From Acidobacteriota bacterium (GTDB lineage Bacteria; Bacteroidota; Ignavibacteria; UBA10030; UBA8401), in assembly GCA_050258555.1 (NCBI GenBank), contig JBLMZA010000094.1, positions 19,563 through 83,562 on the forward strand: a stretch of DNA of 64,000 nucleotides, in the 5' to 3' direction. Below are positions 62,662 through 64,000 of this stretch, in pieces. The position numbers were made by a program, and so were the translations under genes. How positions within the stretch are numbered: the stretch's first letter is position 1; each line of letters opens with the position of its first letter. The notes beneath the pieces are model-generated. The model was not told where the DNA came from, searched no databases, and saw nothing but the letters and a program-made list of their open reading frames with translations.

Positions 62662-64000
62662 ATGCATGAACATCAACGCTTGATACCACGCCTCATATTG
62701 ATCTGCCTCGTGCTTGCGGCATTCTGTGCGCCGCAGCTGAAGGCGGCGCCGGAAGCCGGCGAGATCCGCGGCTCGGTCGTCGACGCCGCCACCGGCGAAA
62801 GCCTTCCCGGCGTCAACGTGCTGGTCGCCGGCACGACGCGCGGCAGCATCACCGACATCAACGGCAACTTTGTCATCGGGAACATGCCCCTTGGCACCTA
62901 TACGGTCACGGTCAGCTTTGTGGGCTATAAGCCGACGTCGAAGCAGACCACGCTCGGCGCCGGCAGGAACCTTCCCCTGGATTTCCGGCTTGCCGCATCG
63001 AGCGTGCAGATGAACACCGTCATCGTCACCGGACAGGGCGTGGCCACCGAAAAGCGGAAGCTCGCCTCGACGGTCGAGACCGTCTCGGCCCGCGAGATCG
63101 AAGCCGCGCCGGTCCGTTCCGTGGACCAGCTCCTGCAGGGACGCGTGCCCGGCATGACGTCCTTCTCGCCCTCGGGTATGCCCGGCAGCGGCGCGCGCAT
63201 GGCCACACGCGGCGTCAAAAGCGCGCTCTCGGCCACCACGCCCGTCATCTACGTCGACGGCATCCGCCTCGATAACCGGGAGAACTACCGGCTCTCCTTC
63301 GGCACGGGCGGACAGGTCACCTCGTCGCTCGCCGATATCGTCACCGGAGAAATCGACCGCATCGAAGTCCTGAAGGGAGGAGCGGCCTCGACGCTCTACG
63401 GATCGGAAGCCGCCAACGGCGTGATACAGATCTTCACGAAGAAAGGCATTCCGGGGCCGCCGCGCTGGCGCTTCAACGCCACAAGCGGGTATGATGCGGC
63501 CGATATGAAGTTCATCACGTATCAGTACACGAAGGACCATGCCTTCCAGAACGGACTCTATCAATCCTATAGCGCCAATGTCACCGGCGGATCGGACATC
63601 ATCACATACACGGCCTCCGGACGCGTCTCGCAGGGACTGGGCACCGTTCCGCACGATAAGCTGAAGGACCAGCAGTATGTGCTGGCTTCCGGCGTGCGCG
63701 CACTCCTCTCGAACGAATCGAACCTCGAACTCTCGGCAAGCTATTCGCACAGCCTCTATAGCCGCATGATCAACGACAACGCCGGAGGAGCGCTCTTGAG
63801 CGATTTGGAGATCGAAGGGTATTTCGATCCCGCCGAGACGTCGAATCCCGACAGCCTCCTGAGATACTATTTCATGCCGGATCTGACCGAGCGTTCGAAC
63901 CGCTTCATCAACGCCATCAACTTCAACTATGCGCCGAGCGCCGGATGGAACAACAAGTTCACGCTCGGCATCGATTACCGCAAGAGCGAAGACCGGCAGC
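62662..64000 (+). CDS. TonB-dependent receptor, SusC/RagA-like (N-terminal part; continues beyond window)
   Basis: The ATG at 62662 is preceded by GGAGGA. Signal peptide. CarbopepD_reg-like segment GEIRGSVVDAATGESLPGVNVLVAGT...TYTVTVSFVGY. Plug domain segment IEVLKGGAASTLYGSEAANGVIQIF. The frame stays open to the window end. It is missing from the track because it has no in-window stop; the track ORF 62638..63750 (minus) is its antisense shadow. Confidence 0.75.
   Translation, partial: MHEHQRLIPRLILICLVLAAFCAPQLKAAPEAGEIRGSVVDAATGESLPGVNVLVAGTTRGSITDINGNFVIGNMPLGTYTVTVSFVGYKPTSKQTTLGAGRNLPLDFRLAASSVQMNTVIVTGQGVATEKRKLASTVETVSAREIEAAPVRSVDQLLQGRVPGMTSFSPSGMPGSGARMATRGVKSALSATTPVIYVDGIRLDNRENYRLSFGTGGQVTSSLADIVTGEIDRIEVLKGGAASTLYGSEAANGVIQIFTKKGIPGPPRWRFNATSGYDAADMKFITYQYTKDHAFQNGLYQSYSANVTGGSDIITYTASGRVSQGLGTVPHDKLKDQQYVLASGVRALLSNESNLELSASYSHSLYSRMINDNAGGALLSDLEIEGYFDPAETSNPDSLLRYYFMPDLTERSNRFINAINFNYAPSAGWNNKFTLGIDYRKSEDRQ

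Noticed and set aside
1-64000. tRNA, rRNA, CRISPR arrays, prophage or defence-system genes
   Set aside because: No tRNA-like cloverleaf hallmarks (GTTCGAATC-type T-arm), no rRNA-like stretches, no short regularly spaced direct repeats, and no phage structural or restriction genes were seen. The only phage-like item is the CI-type HTH domain, which is common in chromosomal regulators.

Overview
The window is 64 kb of GC-rich (roughly 60-65% GC) bacterial chromosome with tightly packed genes. The organism is probably from the FCB superphylum: several secreted proteins end in T9SS-type C-terminal sorting domains (NYPNPFNP...), and FadL/PorV-like outer-membrane barrels, carboxypeptidase-regulatory-domain TonB receptors and sigma-54 regulators are present. 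I found no rRNA, tRNA, CRISPR array, transposase or integrase. The layout is as follows. (1) 1-5.2 kb: a partial gene, a TIM-barrel glycoside hydrolase lipoprotein, a lamin-tail-domain secreted protein and an HGSNAT-like membrane acyltransferase. (2) 5.3-17.7 kb, plus strand: a canonical sigma-70 promoter, a TonB-dependent receptor plus a GH18 chitinase-like T9SS cargo, a second T9SS cargo followed by a FadL/PorV-like barrel and a terminator, a LamG-VanZ fusion, and a NadE-like PP-loop enzyme/ACP/acyl-AMP ligase cassette. (3) 17.7-44.3 kb, minus strand: a roughly 26-kb translationally coupled Wzx/Wzy-type polysaccharide operon. It encodes the PCP protein, a BY-kinase-like ATPase, a small membrane ORF, the Wzy-like polymerase, a methyltransferase, WecB/TagA, the Wzx flippase, a CE4 deacetylase, three GT4, one GT9 and one GT2 glycosyltransferase, a CDP-hexose pathway (RfbF, RfbG, a 3,5-epimerase, a SAF-domain dehydrogenase, a class III aminotransferase), a pyruvyl transferase, LmbE, a nitrilase, a WecD-like acyltransferase, an ArnC/ArnT-like pair, a membrane GT2 and a CheY-like receiver. 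(4) 44.5-47.1 kb: a short Wza-like exporter, a FadL-like barrel and a degenerate sigma-54-activator-like AAA+ protein. (5) 47.1-54.6 kb: a WecA-like transferase fused to a 4TM+Rossmann module, two GH18 paralogs and an FN3/T9SS cargo. (6) 54.6-61.8 kb, minus strand: a sigma-54 activator, a response regulator with a novel C-terminal domain, a REC-PAS-array hybrid histidine kinase, a HisKA_2 kinase and an OmpR response regulator. (7) 62.2-64 kb: a phage-CI-like HTH protein and a partial SusC/RagA-like TonB receptor. The most unusual non-coding signal is a near-identical 36-bp AT-rich palindromic element present twice in inverted orientation (47071-47106 and 56547-56582), bracketing a 9.5-kb block; several further inverted and direct repeats are also listed below. 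All functional calls rest on motif and architecture recognition by eye, because no database search could be run.
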